Source: an uncultured Actinomycetota bacterium
GTDB lineage: Bacteria; Actinomycetota; Actinomycetes; Mycobacteriales; Mycobacteriaceae
Direction: 5' to 3'
Length of the DNA stretch: 64,000 bases
Assembly: GCA_963797865.1 (NCBI GenBank)
Contig: CAWCRJ010000008.1
Span: 24,778 to 88,777, forward strand
A program made the position numbers and the translations under genes. The notes beneath the pieces were generated by a model, which was not told the origin of the DNA, did not search any database, and was given only the letters and a program-made list of their open reading frames with translations. Positions 1 through 11,381 of this stretch are shown one piece after another; the stretch's first letter is position 1; each line of letters starts with the position of its first letter.

Positions 1-664
1 CCAGAGCGCGGCGCTGCTGGTGGTGGCGCGCTGCGGCACCGACCCCGCTGAGATTCGTCAGTTTCTTGTTCCGACGGCCGCGCCGGGGGTCCGCATCGAG
101 CCCCAGCAGTCGGTTGATCTGGTCAAGCAATACGCCCGGGTGCACTTCGACGGTGTCGTGGTGCCACGGTCGGCGGCCGTCGGCACCGCCGACGAGACGG
201 CCGCACTCGTCGATCGTCAAAGCCAGATCGCCCAGCTGCTGCAATGCGCCGAGGTGGTCGGTGCGCTGCAGACGGTGTTCGACCTCACCGTGCAGTGGGC
301 GCTGGACCGACACACCTTTGGCCGTCCGTTGGCGTCGTACCAGGCCCTCAAGCACAAATTCGCTGACATGAAGCTCTGGCTGGAAGCCTGTCGCGCCACC
401 ACCTCGGCGGCGGTCGCCGACGTGGCGGCCCGCGCGCCGGGAGCGAATTTGTCAGCCAGCATCGCCAAGTCCTACGTGGGCGAGATGGCGGGTCAGATCG
501 TACAGGCGTGTGTGCAGATGCACGGTGGCATCGGCGTCACCTGGGAGCACGACCTGCACCTGTATCTCCGCCGGATCACGTTGTACCGCGGCACGTTTGG
601 CACGCCGGAGGAACATAATCTGCGCGTATACGAGTTCGAGAAGGCGGGTCGTTCGGCGAAATGA
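1..664 (+). CDS. Acyl-CoA dehydrogenase, 3' part (starts before window); partner subunit of downstream FadE
   Basis: ACAD C-terminal motifs RHTFGRPLASYQALKHKFADM and QMHGGIGVTWEHDLHLYLRR; TGA at 662-664. Confidence 0.9.
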   Translation, partial: QSAALLVVARCGTDPAEIRQFLVPTAAPGVRIEPQQSVDLVKQYARVHFDGVVVPRSAAVGTADETAALVDRQSQIAQLLQCAEVVGALQTVFDLTVQWALDRHTFGRPLASYQALKHKFADMKLWLEACRATTSAAVADVAARAPGANLSASIAKSYVGEMAGQIVQACVQMHGGIGVTWEHDLHLYLRRITLYRGTFGTPEEHNLRVYEFEKAGRSAK

Positions 665-674
665 TGAAGATCCG

Positions 675-3980
<3,306 letters not shown>

Positions 3981-4110
3981 TCAGATTAGCAATAGTTGCT
4001 GCATGCGTATCGCAACGGTTTGATAGCGGTCTCATTGGTGTCGGCAAAAGTAGGTGACAAACGAATCGACGACTGGGAAACTCGCGACCCGCTAAACTGC
4101 GAAGCAGCCC

Positions 4111-4136
4111 GTTTGTGCCCGCGTGGGCGCGGGTAT
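4111..4136 (+). promoter_or_regulatory. SigF-type promoter
   Basis: GTTT(4111-4114)-N16-GGGTAT(4131-4136), 36 nt before ATG 4173. Confidence 0.75.
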
Positions 4137-4172
4137 CTCGCACTCGTGGCCGACCTCGTGGCGCGACGCACC

Positions 4173-4646
4173 ATGGCGCTTTGGCGGCGTCTCCTATCGT
4201 CACCGGTGCTGACCTTGAACGGCTGGGTGGCGTTCAACCTGCCGCGCGCGGTGACCGCGCTGGGCGGGGCGCTTCTGACTGGGCTGGTCGCGGTGCACAT
4301 CTACATGCTGGCCGTTGTGCCGGATCTACCTCGATATTTCGCCGCTTATGTACTTGTGCTGACAGCCGCGTGTCTGGTCGCGGCAAGCTCCATGCTGGTC
4401 GGCATCAAACCCGCTGTGCCCCAAGTTGGTTGGTATGTCGGCAGCTTGGTCTGCTCGGTCTTTCTCGGGGTGTATCTGGTTACCCGCTGGGTCAGCCTGC
4501 CCGCGCTCGCCACGGTGACCGGCCGATGGGACTTGGCACCCGGAACATTGGGGATGGCCTGCGCGGCGGCGTTTATCGCCGTGCACACGACGGTGCTGTC
4601 GGGCATCAACGTGGCCTACCCGCGACGCCAGCAGTGGTACGACTGA
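4173..4646 (+). CDS. Integral membrane protein (about 4 TM), first gene of the oxidoreductase operon
   Basis: Hydrophobic 157-aa ORF ending 12 nt before the molybdo-oxidoreductase. Confidence 0.8.
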   Translation: MALWRRLLSSPVLTLNGWVAFNLPRAVTALGGALLTGLVAVHIYMLAVVPDLPRYFAAYVLVLTAACLVAASSMLVGIKPAVPQVGWYVGSLVCSVFLGVYLVTRWVSLPALATVTGRWDLAPGTLGMACAAAFIAVHTTVLSGINVAYPRRQQWYD

Positions 4647-4658
4647 CGGGGCTCAGGC

Positions 4659-6149
4659 ATGACAACGTTGGACTATCCGGTTTGGCTGCGCATCGATCAT
4701 TGGCTGAACGTTCTGTTTGTGACACTGATTCTGCGCAGTGGTCTCGAGATTCTGGCCACCCACCCCAAGTTGTACTGGCACGACGACAGCAAGCCGGGCA
4801 CGGAGTGGGCACGCTTCACCCGAAAGGTGATGCCGCGGGACAGGATCTACGACACCCTTGACGAAGAGGAGGACTACAGCCCGTTCATTTCGTTGCCCGG
4901 CCGCGCGCAGCTCGGAGTGGGCCGTCACTGGCACTTTTTTGTTGTCATCGGCTGGATCCTGCTGGGTCTGTCCTACTACATCCTGTTGTTCGCTACCGGC
5001 CAATGGCATCGCTACTGGCCTGCCTCGTGGTCGATCTTCCCCGAAGCATGGGACGACATCGTCACCTACCTGACGTTCAATCTGCCGCCGGTGTTGCCCG
5101 GCGAGCCGCTGGACGCCATGCAGAAGTTGACCTACGCCGGGGTCGTATTTGTTCTTGCGCCGTTTCAAATCCTGACCGGGGCCGCGCAGTCTCCGGCGAT
5201 CGAGGCCCGGTTCCCGTGGTACGTCCGAATGTGGGGCGGCCGGCAGTGGGCCCGAAGCCTGCACTTCTTGGGGCTGATCGCGTTCCTGGTCTTCATCGTG
5301 ATTCACCTGTCGATGATTTTCTTCTGGGGCTGGGGCAGGCTCACCGCGTCGATGATTTTCGGTGCGGTCCGGAACACGTATTGGGCGACCACGATCTCGC
5401 TGCTGATCATCGCGGCGATCGTCGCCGTCCACGTCGCGGCGACGATCTGGAGTCTGCGCAACCCACGGTCGGTGCAGCGCGTGCTGGGTGCGGTGGTCAC
5501 CGCGGCTCGCCTGCTGCTGCTGCGGCCGCTGAATTCACGACAGAACTATCCGGCGCACAAAATCTCCAAGCAGCACCGCATCAACGGAAAGCCGCCCACC
5601 AGTACGGAATACAAGGTGATGGCGGTGCACAATTTCGTGGACTGGCGGCTGCGGGTCGGCGGGTTGGTGGAGAACCCCGTGACGCTGGACCTCAGTGCGC
5701 TGCGCGCGCTGGCCGAGTCCGAAACGCAATGTGTGATGCACAATTGCGTCCAGGGCTGGACCAGCATCGGCGAATGGACCGGAATTCATCTGCATCAGCT
5801 CGTGGACTTGGTGCGGCCGCTGCCCCAGGCGCGCTACATCTGCTTTTTGACCATGCAGGACAACAGCACCGACGAGCCAGCGTCACACGGCGGAGGTCAG
5901 TTCTATGAGGTGCTCGACCTCGAGTTCGCCGACAAGCCGCAGACCCTGCTCGCGTATGAAATGAACGGCAAGCTTCTGCCCATCCAGCACGGTGCGCCCT
6001 TACGCCTGCGGGTGGAAACCCAGGTGGGTTTCAAAATGGCCAAGTGGATCAACCAGATCGAGTTCGTCGAGGACTACGCCGGGATCGGGATGGGCACCGG
6101 CGGCTGGCGCGAGGATCGCGTGTACTACGACAAGGACGTGGAAATCTGA
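4659..6149 (+). CDS. Molybdopterin-dependent oxidoreductase (sulfite oxidase/MsrP-like domain) fused to an N-terminal cytochrome b-like membrane domain
   Basis: TM helices with His (RIDHWL, RHWHF, LHFL, IHL); WRLRVGGLVENP, HNCVQGW, LAYEMNG, HGAPLRLRVE, GFKMAKW. Confidence 0.9.
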   Translation: MTTLDYPVWLRIDHWLNVLFVTLILRSGLEILATHPKLYWHDDSKPGTEWARFTRKVMPRDRIYDTLDEEEDYSPFISLPGRAQLGVGRHWHFFVVIGWILLGLSYYILLFATGQWHRYWPASWSIFPEAWDDIVTYLTFNLPPVLPGEPLDAMQKLTYAGVVFVLAPFQILTGAAQSPAIEARFPWYVRMWGGRQWARSLHFLGLIAFLVFIVIHLSMIFFWGWGRLTASMIFGAVRNTYWATTISLLIIAAIVAVHVAATIWSLRNPRSVQRVLGAVVTAARLLLLRPLNSRQNYPAHKISKQHRINGKPPTSTEYKVMAVHNFVDWRLRVGGLVENPVTLDLSALRALAESETQCVMHNCVQGWTSIGEWTGIHLHQLVDLVRPLPQARYICFLTMQDNSTDEPASHGGGQFYEVLDLEFADKPQTLLAYEMNGKLLPIQHGAPLRLRVETQVGFKMAKWINQIEFVEDYAGIGMGTGGWREDRVYYDKDVEI

Positions 6150-6150
6150 G

Positions 6151-6474
6151 ATGACCGAACGAGCGACCGACGGAGTCGGGGTACGGCCTGAGCTGATCAG
6201 CTTGGACACAGTGGCCCACCAGCGCGTACTCGAGCAGATCGCGGCGAAGGGTGGCCATTGCGAATCCTGCGGCGCAACGGATTTCACCGTCGGCGAGGCG
6301 CTCTACCTGGGTTACCTGTTCTTGAACGAAGATGCCGACGCCTACATGGTCGCGCTGACCTGCCGCAATCCGGACTGTCCCAAGCCGCGGACCGCGATCA
6401 GACTGCGCGACACAGACTTTCTCACCTACGCAACAAGCGACTCGGACGCTTCCGGACACGACGCCCCCCGCTAG
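6151..6474 (+). CDS. Small hypothetical protein with putative Zn-ribbon
   Basis: ATG 1 nt after the upstream stop; CESC and CRNPDC pairs. Confidence 0.75.
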   Translation: MTERATDGVGVRPELISLDTVAHQRVLEQIAAKGGHCESCGATDFTVGEALYLGYLFLNEDADAYMVALTCRNPDCPKPRTAIRLRDTDFLTYATSDSDASGHDAPR

Positions 6475-6796
6475 CCTGACCGTCCGTCGATCCCGGAAGC
6501 TGCGGCTGAGCCAGGTCGAATCGCTTTATCAGCGGCGACAACTCGCGAAGCTGGTCGCACAGCGATCGGAACCGCTGCTGATCGTCGTCGCCGAGTTGTC
6601 CCAGCGAATCGTAATACGCCACGCGCGGCAGCCGACCCGCAAGCGCAGTACCCCACCTGATGCTCAGGTCGTAGACCTCTTCGTCGTCGACATCGTCGCG
6701 CTGGCCGAGTTGCCGGAGCGCTTCGATCTGCTCGGTGAGAAACGCGACGTCGTCATCGATACTGATCGGCTTCCCGTCCTGCGATGCCACGCTCAT
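6422..6796 (-). CDS. Hypothetical protein, 124 aa
   Basis: ATG 6796 with GAGGAGG RBS; helical composition; overlaps the convergent gene by 53 nt. Confidence 0.7.
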   Translation of the reverse strand: MSVASQDGKPISIDDDVAFLTEQIEALRQLGQRDDVDDEEVYDLSIRWGTALAGRLPRVAYYDSLGQLGDDDQQRFRSLCDQLRELSPLIKRFDLAQPQLPGSTDGQASGGRRVRKRPSRLLRR

Positions 6797-6954
6797 CTGC
6801 CCTCCTCGTCCCGATGCACCTCTCAGTGACCACGGAATCACGCACCATGTGGCGTATACCCCCTTCCGCGTGGCCGGATGCCGGCATTCAGCCATTAGAT
6901 CGCGGCGAAGTGCGGCAATAGATCTGCGGCGTTCCTGCTCTCGCGGCTGCATCC

Positions 6955-6978
6955 GTTTACGCCCGGCACCAGAGGGTA
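6955..6978 (+). promoter_or_regulatory. SigF-type promoter
   Basis: GTTT(6955-6958)-N15-GGGTA(6974-6978) upstream of ATG 7084. Confidence 0.65.
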
Positions 6979-7083
6979 CCTGTCGGACACTGTGCAGCCG
7001 ACCTGTTCGATAAAGCGTTCCAGGGCACTTGCCGTCCCGAGAAGTCCTGCAACGTGGCGAAGTACCCTGCGAGGAGTAGTGCG

Positions 7084-8271
7084 ATGAGCGACTCGGACGA
7101 AATCATCGAACGATTGCGCGACATCCTCGACGGATCGGATGGCTTGGCCGATCTCCTCGAGCAATCACTGGCTCAGGCCCGAGCCACGGCCGAGACCCAA
7201 TTGCGGCCCGACCTATTCGCGGCGCTGGAGTGGCCGACGAACACCGGGGAGTACGAGGACTATCTCAAACACTTCATCAGGTGGGTGCCCAAGCAAACGA
7301 ACGCGAAGGCGTGGCAGGAGCAGGCGCCTGAGGGACGGCAAGCCAAGGAGGTCAACGACCGAACCGCGCACTTCTACTATTTGGTCGATCAGGAGATCGG
7401 CGGCGCCGCGCCGCAGGACTCGGAGGAGTTTCGGGAGTGGATGACCGAATTCTCTCGGCAGTGGGGCAGTTTCTTGGACACGCCTGAATCGTTCAGCCCG
7501 GAGACCCTCCAGTCGTTCATCGACGACGCTCCGGAATACCGCATCCACGAATCATTGGTCAACGGCGTCCCCAATATGCCCAGCGGATGGTTGACGTTCA
7601 ATCAGTTCATCGGCCGCGAACTCAACGGCGGCCTACGTCCGATCGCGGATCCCACTAGCAACGCTGTGGTGACCTCGCCGGCTGACTGCATATACCAGCA
7701 CTCCTACGACATCGACCGTGTGTCGAACATCCCGGCCACCACGATCAAGAACACCCACAAGTACGGCAACATCACCCAGCTCATCGAGGGCAGTCGGTAC
7801 GCCGAAAGCTTCGCGGGGGGCACGTTTGTGCACTACATGCTGCCGCCATCGGCCTACCACCGTTTTCATCTACCAGTGGACGGACAGGTCACAGAGTCGA
7901 TCCTGATCAGCGGGAAAGTCTTCATGCGGGTCGCCATTGAGGACCAGGAATTCAACTCCAGCGACAGCACCACCAGTGGTTTCGAATTCAGCCAAAACCG
8001 CGGGGTCGTGACTATTGACACGTCCGCATCCGACTGCGGCGACGTCGGAATCGTCGCGGTCATCCCGGTCGGCATGGCGCATGTTTCCTCCGTCATGCTG
8101 ACAGCGGTTGAGAATCAACACATGGCCAAAGGCGAAGAGTTCGGGTTTTTCCAATTCGGCGGCTCCGACATCATCGTCCTTTTCCAAGAGGGCGTGGACC
8201 CGCAGATCGACACCAGCGAGGAATACCGACTCGTCGGCACACCGATGGCGCGATGCAGCCGCGAGTCCTGA
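7084..8271 (+). CDS. Phosphatidylserine decarboxylase family pyruvoyl-dependent decarboxylase (long soluble type)
   Basis: AGGAG RBS; TFNQFIGR, SPADC, YHRFHLPVDG, and KGEEFGFFQFGGSDI self-cleavage motif. Confidence 0.88.
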   Translation: MSDSDEIIERLRDILDGSDGLADLLEQSLAQARATAETQLRPDLFAALEWPTNTGEYEDYLKHFIRWVPKQTNAKAWQEQAPEGRQAKEVNDRTAHFYYLVDQEIGGAAPQDSEEFREWMTEFSRQWGSFLDTPESFSPETLQSFIDDAPEYRIHESLVNGVPNMPSGWLTFNQFIGRELNGGLRPIADPTSNAVVTSPADCIYQHSYDIDRVSNIPATTIKNTHKYGNITQLIEGSRYAESFAGGTFVHYMLPPSAYHRFHLPVDGQVTESILISGKVFMRVAIEDQEFNSSDSTTSGFEFSQNRGVVTIDTSASDCGDVGIVAVIPVGMAHVSSVMLTAVENQHMAKGEEFGFFQFGGSDIIVLFQEGVDPQIDTSEEYRLVGTPMARCSRES

Positions 8272-8304
8272 TTCGATTTCCTCTTCGGTTGGCGGGAGGT
8301 GGCG

Positions 8305-8817
8305 ATGAGTGACCTACTAGCGCAGTTCATCAACGGATGGCAGCCCGCGGTCTATGCGGCGCTCAAAGCGCTCGCCTTATTCGCCACAGCGGTAACGGCT
8401 TTCCGGCTCGTGCTGCGGCGAACCATCGCCGAGTCCACGCCGTTCGACTGGGTAACCGCGGTCGCGGTCGGCGCCATCGTGGGGCGCACGGCCACCGCCG
8501 CCGACACCTCGTGGCTAACCGGGACTGCAGCTCTGCTCACTCTGATCGCCGCCCACGACCTTGTCGCGCGGCTGCGCCTGATCCCATGGGTTCGCCGCCT
8601 GGTGGACCCGCCGGTGCGAGTTCTGATCAGAGACGGTCAAGTCGACGCCGCAAACTTGAAGCGCTGCAGGCTGACTCGCGGAGATTTGGACGCGGCCTTG
8701 CGCCAACATGGTCAACAAACGGCCGCCGACGTTCGTCTCGCGGTGTTCGAGACTAAAGGTGTGGTCTCCGTTTTCTCCAATGCCGACCCATCCGGCACTT
8801 TCGGCCGATCAGGCTGA
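8305..8817 (+). CDS. DUF421 (YetF-like) membrane protein
   Basis: TPFDWV, LIRDGQV, LDAALRQHG and AVFETKGVVSVF motifs. Confidence 0.85.
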   Translation: MSDLLAQFINGWQPAVYAALKALALFATAVTAFRLVLRRTIAESTPFDWVTAVAVGAIVGRTATAADTSWLTGTAALLTLIAAHDLVARLRLIPWVRRLVDPPVRVLIRDGQVDAANLKRCRLTRGDLDAALRQHGQQTAADVRLAVFETKGVVSVFSNADPSGTFGRSG

Positions 8818-10014
8818 GACGGGCTTTTTCGCCGGTGCGGACACCTTCATAAGTTTCATCAAGTTGCCGCCCATGATCTTGGCGACGTCCTCTTCGGAGA
8901 AGTCGGTGAGTTCGTCGACGAAGGTAATGGGGTCTTTCAGGCCCTCGGGGTGCGGCCAGTCGGAGCCGAACATCACCCGGTCGGTGCCGACCATGCTGAC
9001 GATCTCGTTGAACCGGTCCTCCCAGAACGGGGTGATGTATACGCACCGCTTGAACGCCTCGATCGGGTCCTCGCTAAACGACTGCGGCATCTTCTTGTAG
9101 ACGCCCTTGAGGCCCTTGAACAGGTCCGGTACCCAGTCGGCGCCATTTTCGATCGACAGGATCCGCAGCTCCGGGTTGCGCGACAGCGCACCGTGGCACA
9201 CGAGCGCACCCATCGCGTCCAGGATCGGCCGGTGGCCCATCGCGAAGCTACGGAAGGGGGTCGGTTTGAACGGCAGGAACTCGTCGCCGGGCTCCCACAC
9301 GTTGGCGAATTCGGAGTAGCCACTGTCGGATGCGTGCATCGACACCGGGATGCCGGCCTTGACGCAGGCCTGCCAGAATGGGTCGAACTCCTCGAGCCCG
9401 AACGAGCGGCTGCCCTTGAAGCCGGGGACCGGCGCCGGGCGAACCAGCACGGTGCGCGCGCCGCGCTCGAGGCACCACTCGAGCTCTTCGAGTGCGCGCT
9501 CGACGATAGGCAGGGTGATCACCGGCGTGGCGAAGATGCGGTCCTGGTAGTTGAACGACCACTGCTCATGCATCCATTCGTTGAGAGCGTGGATGACGTC
9601 GTGGGTCATCTCGGGGTCGTCCTTCATGCGCTCCTCGACCAGGCTGGCCAGGGTCGGGAACATCAGCGCGTAGTCGATGCCGAGCTCGTCCATGACTTCC
9701 AGCCGCGCACCCGGTTCCCGGAACGCGGGGATGGCCTTCATCGGCTCGCCGAGGATTTCGCGGTAGGTCTTGCCCTGCGCGCCGTTGCGGAAGTAGTCCT
9801 CCTGGGCGCCCGGCTTGGCGACCTTCTCGAAGGTCGGGTTGGGGATGTACTCGCTGATGTGGCCGCGCACAACGATTTTGGTGCGTCCGCGAACCTGCAC
9901 GTAGTCGATGACGTTCTTGCGCTTGTCCGGAAGGTATTTCGTCAGCGCTTCCTGCGGCTCGTACATGTGGTTGTCGGCGTCGAACACCGGGAAGGAAAGT
10001 TCGCGAGAGGGCAT
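8809..10014 (-). CDS. Amidohydrolase_2 family metal-dependent hydrolase
   Basis: AAGGAG RBS; FDADNHMYE, SMH, IENG and MFGSDWPHPEG motifs. Confidence 0.9.
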   Translation of the reverse strand: MPSRELSFPVFDADNHMYEPQEALTKYLPDKRKNVIDYVQVRGRTKIVVRGHISEYIPNPTFEKVAKPGAQEDYFRNGAQGKTYREILGEPMKAIPAFREPGARLEVMDELGIDYALMFPTLASLVEERMKDDPEMTHDVIHALNEWMHEQWSFNYQDRIFATPVITLPIVERALEELEWCLERGARTVLVRPAPVPGFKGSRSFGLEEFDPFWQACVKAGIPVSMHASDSGYSEFANVWEPGDEFLPFKPTPFRSFAMGHRPILDAMGALVCHGALSRNPELRILSIENGADWVPDLFKGLKGVYKKMPQSFSEDPIEAFKRCVYITPFWEDRFNEIVSMVGTDRVMFGSDWPHPEGLKDPITFVDELTDFSEEDVAKIMGGNLMKLMKVSAPAKKPVSA

Positions 10015-10050
10015 GGTGATCTCCTTGCAAAAGTCCTGGATTCTCACTGC

Positions 10051-10069
10051 GTGGTAATGACGTTACCAC
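10051..10069. promoter_or_regulatory. Palindromic operator, candidate TetR site
   Basis: GTGGTAA-TGACG-TTACCAC upstream of the amidohydrolase. Confidence 0.65.
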
Positions 10070-10112
10070 TTCTGCGCACTTAGGTGTACCGGGTCCGCGG
10101 CCCCCGGACGGC

Positions 10113-11141
10113 TCAGGCGTCCGGCCAGCTAGGGAGCTTTGGTGTGGTCCCCTCGATGACGGCGAAGTTGACGGTTGCCGTCGCCAGGAGCTCGTCTCCG
10201 TCGCCGTAAATGTCGATTTGCATGACCATCGCCCGCCGGCCCGAACGCAACATCCGGGGCACGGCGAACGCCGCGCCCTGCCGGACCGGCCGCAGGTAGC
10301 GGATGAACAGGTCCGCGGTGGTCATCGTGGTGCCCGGTTGCAGATAGTCCAGCCCGAATTGTCCGCCCGCCACATCTACGAGCGTGGCGATGAGCCCGCC
10401 CTGCAGCGCACCGGAGGTGTTGACGACCGCGGGACTGACCGGCATGGTCATGGCGAATTCGCCGTTGCGGGTGCTGGGGCGCATGCCAATCTGGGCGAAC
10501 AGCTCGGCCAGCGACGGGGCGGCCGATTCTGCGTCAGCGTCGCGGATGCCCAGGGCACGGCTGCAGAAGTCGTAAAGCTGGCCGACATCGACCGGTGTTC
10601 CATTCAATTCCGAACCGAGCCAATGTAATCGCTGCGCGCCCATCATCGTCTGCATGACGATGGCGGCCGCCGCGCCGACGTCCAAACCGGGGTTGAAAAC
10701 ACCCTCGGTGATGCCCTGCCCGACGATGTCGCGAATCAGGCCGTGCAGGGGAGAAAGCACCCGGGCGTATTCGCGAGGCCCGGTCTCGGCGAGGTGCTGG
10801 TTGTAGAGCGTCAACGCGCGATTGAGGCTGTCCTGGGTGCTCGATTCCGGTTGTTGGCTGAGTCGGTCGAGCAGCAATTTCAGTGCCGAGGTGCTGTCCA
10901 GCCCCCTGGTTTCGGCACGCCACGTCTGCACGGATTGGGCGATGGTTCGATCGAACAGCGCCAGCAGCAGTTCGTCCTTGCTGTTGAAGTGTTGGTAGAA
11001 GGCTCGCAGCGACGTCTTGGAGCGCGCGACCACCTCTTGCACGGTGAAGTCGGTGCGTCCCGTTTCGCCAAGTATCGCCACGGCGGTTTTGATGAAGCGA
11101 TCGCCACGGGTGATCTCCACCTCGTCTTTGAGGTCGGCCAT
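10113..11141 (-). CDS. TetR-family regulator fused to a C-terminal PaaI/hot-dog thioesterase
   Basis: HTH FTVQEVVARSKTSLRAFYQHFNSKDELL; C-terminal NTSGALQGGLIATLVD...YLRPV. Confidence 0.88.
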   Translation of the reverse strand: MADLKDEVEITRGDRFIKTAVAILGETGRTDFTVQEVVARSKTSLRAFYQHFNSKDELLLALFDRTIAQSVQTWRAETRGLDSTSALKLLLDRLSQQPESSTQDSLNRALTLYNQHLAETGPREYARVLSPLHGLIRDIVGQGITEGVFNPGLDVGAAAAIVMQTMMGAQRLHWLGSELNGTPVDVGQLYDFCSRALGIRDADAESAAPSLAELFAQIGMRPSTRNGEFAMTMPVSPAVVNTSGALQGGLIATLVDVAGGQFGLDYLQPGTTMTTADLFIRYLRPVRQGAAFAVPRMLRSGRRAMVMQIDIYGDGDELLATATVNFAVIEGTTPKLPSWPDA

Positions 11142-11180
11142 AAGCGCTTCGTCCCTTCCATAGCGCGCAGGCCGCGCTAT

Positions 11181-11197
11181 GAGAATGAGGTTACCGC
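11181..11197. promoter_or_regulatory. Second, degenerate copy of the candidate TetR operator
   Basis: GAGAATGAGGTTACCGC shares AATGAnGTTACCnC with the 10051 site; lies upstream of the TetR gene. Confidence 0.5.
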
Positions 11198-11222
11198 GAC
11201 TGGTGCCCGAGCGAGGTGGCGC

Positions 11223-11379
11223 TTAGGCCCCCGGGCAGAAGATGCCGAGTATCTGCTGGCAGTTGTCTCTGGTGATGAGTGCCGGTGGCGGTGGAGGCTT
11301 CGGTGGCGGGTTGTCCCCGTCCCAGAATCATGGCGGAGACATTGCCCACCTGGGCCAGAGTTAGTAGTACGGGTGGGGC
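11223..11379 (-). pseudogene. Relic 3' end of a small Pro/Cys-rich mycobacterial secreted-type protein
   Basis: Reads across shifts HPYY*LWP / VGNVSAMI / WDGDNPPPKPPPPPALITRDNCQQILGIFCPGA*; 5' part missing. Confidence 0.55.
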
Positions 11380-11381
11380 GC

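Noticed and set aside
6856-6881. SigF promoter for the minus-strand 6796 gene (similar cases at 48081, 49086, 53369)
   Set aside because: GGGTA -10 present but -35 poor or imperfect; not enough support to call
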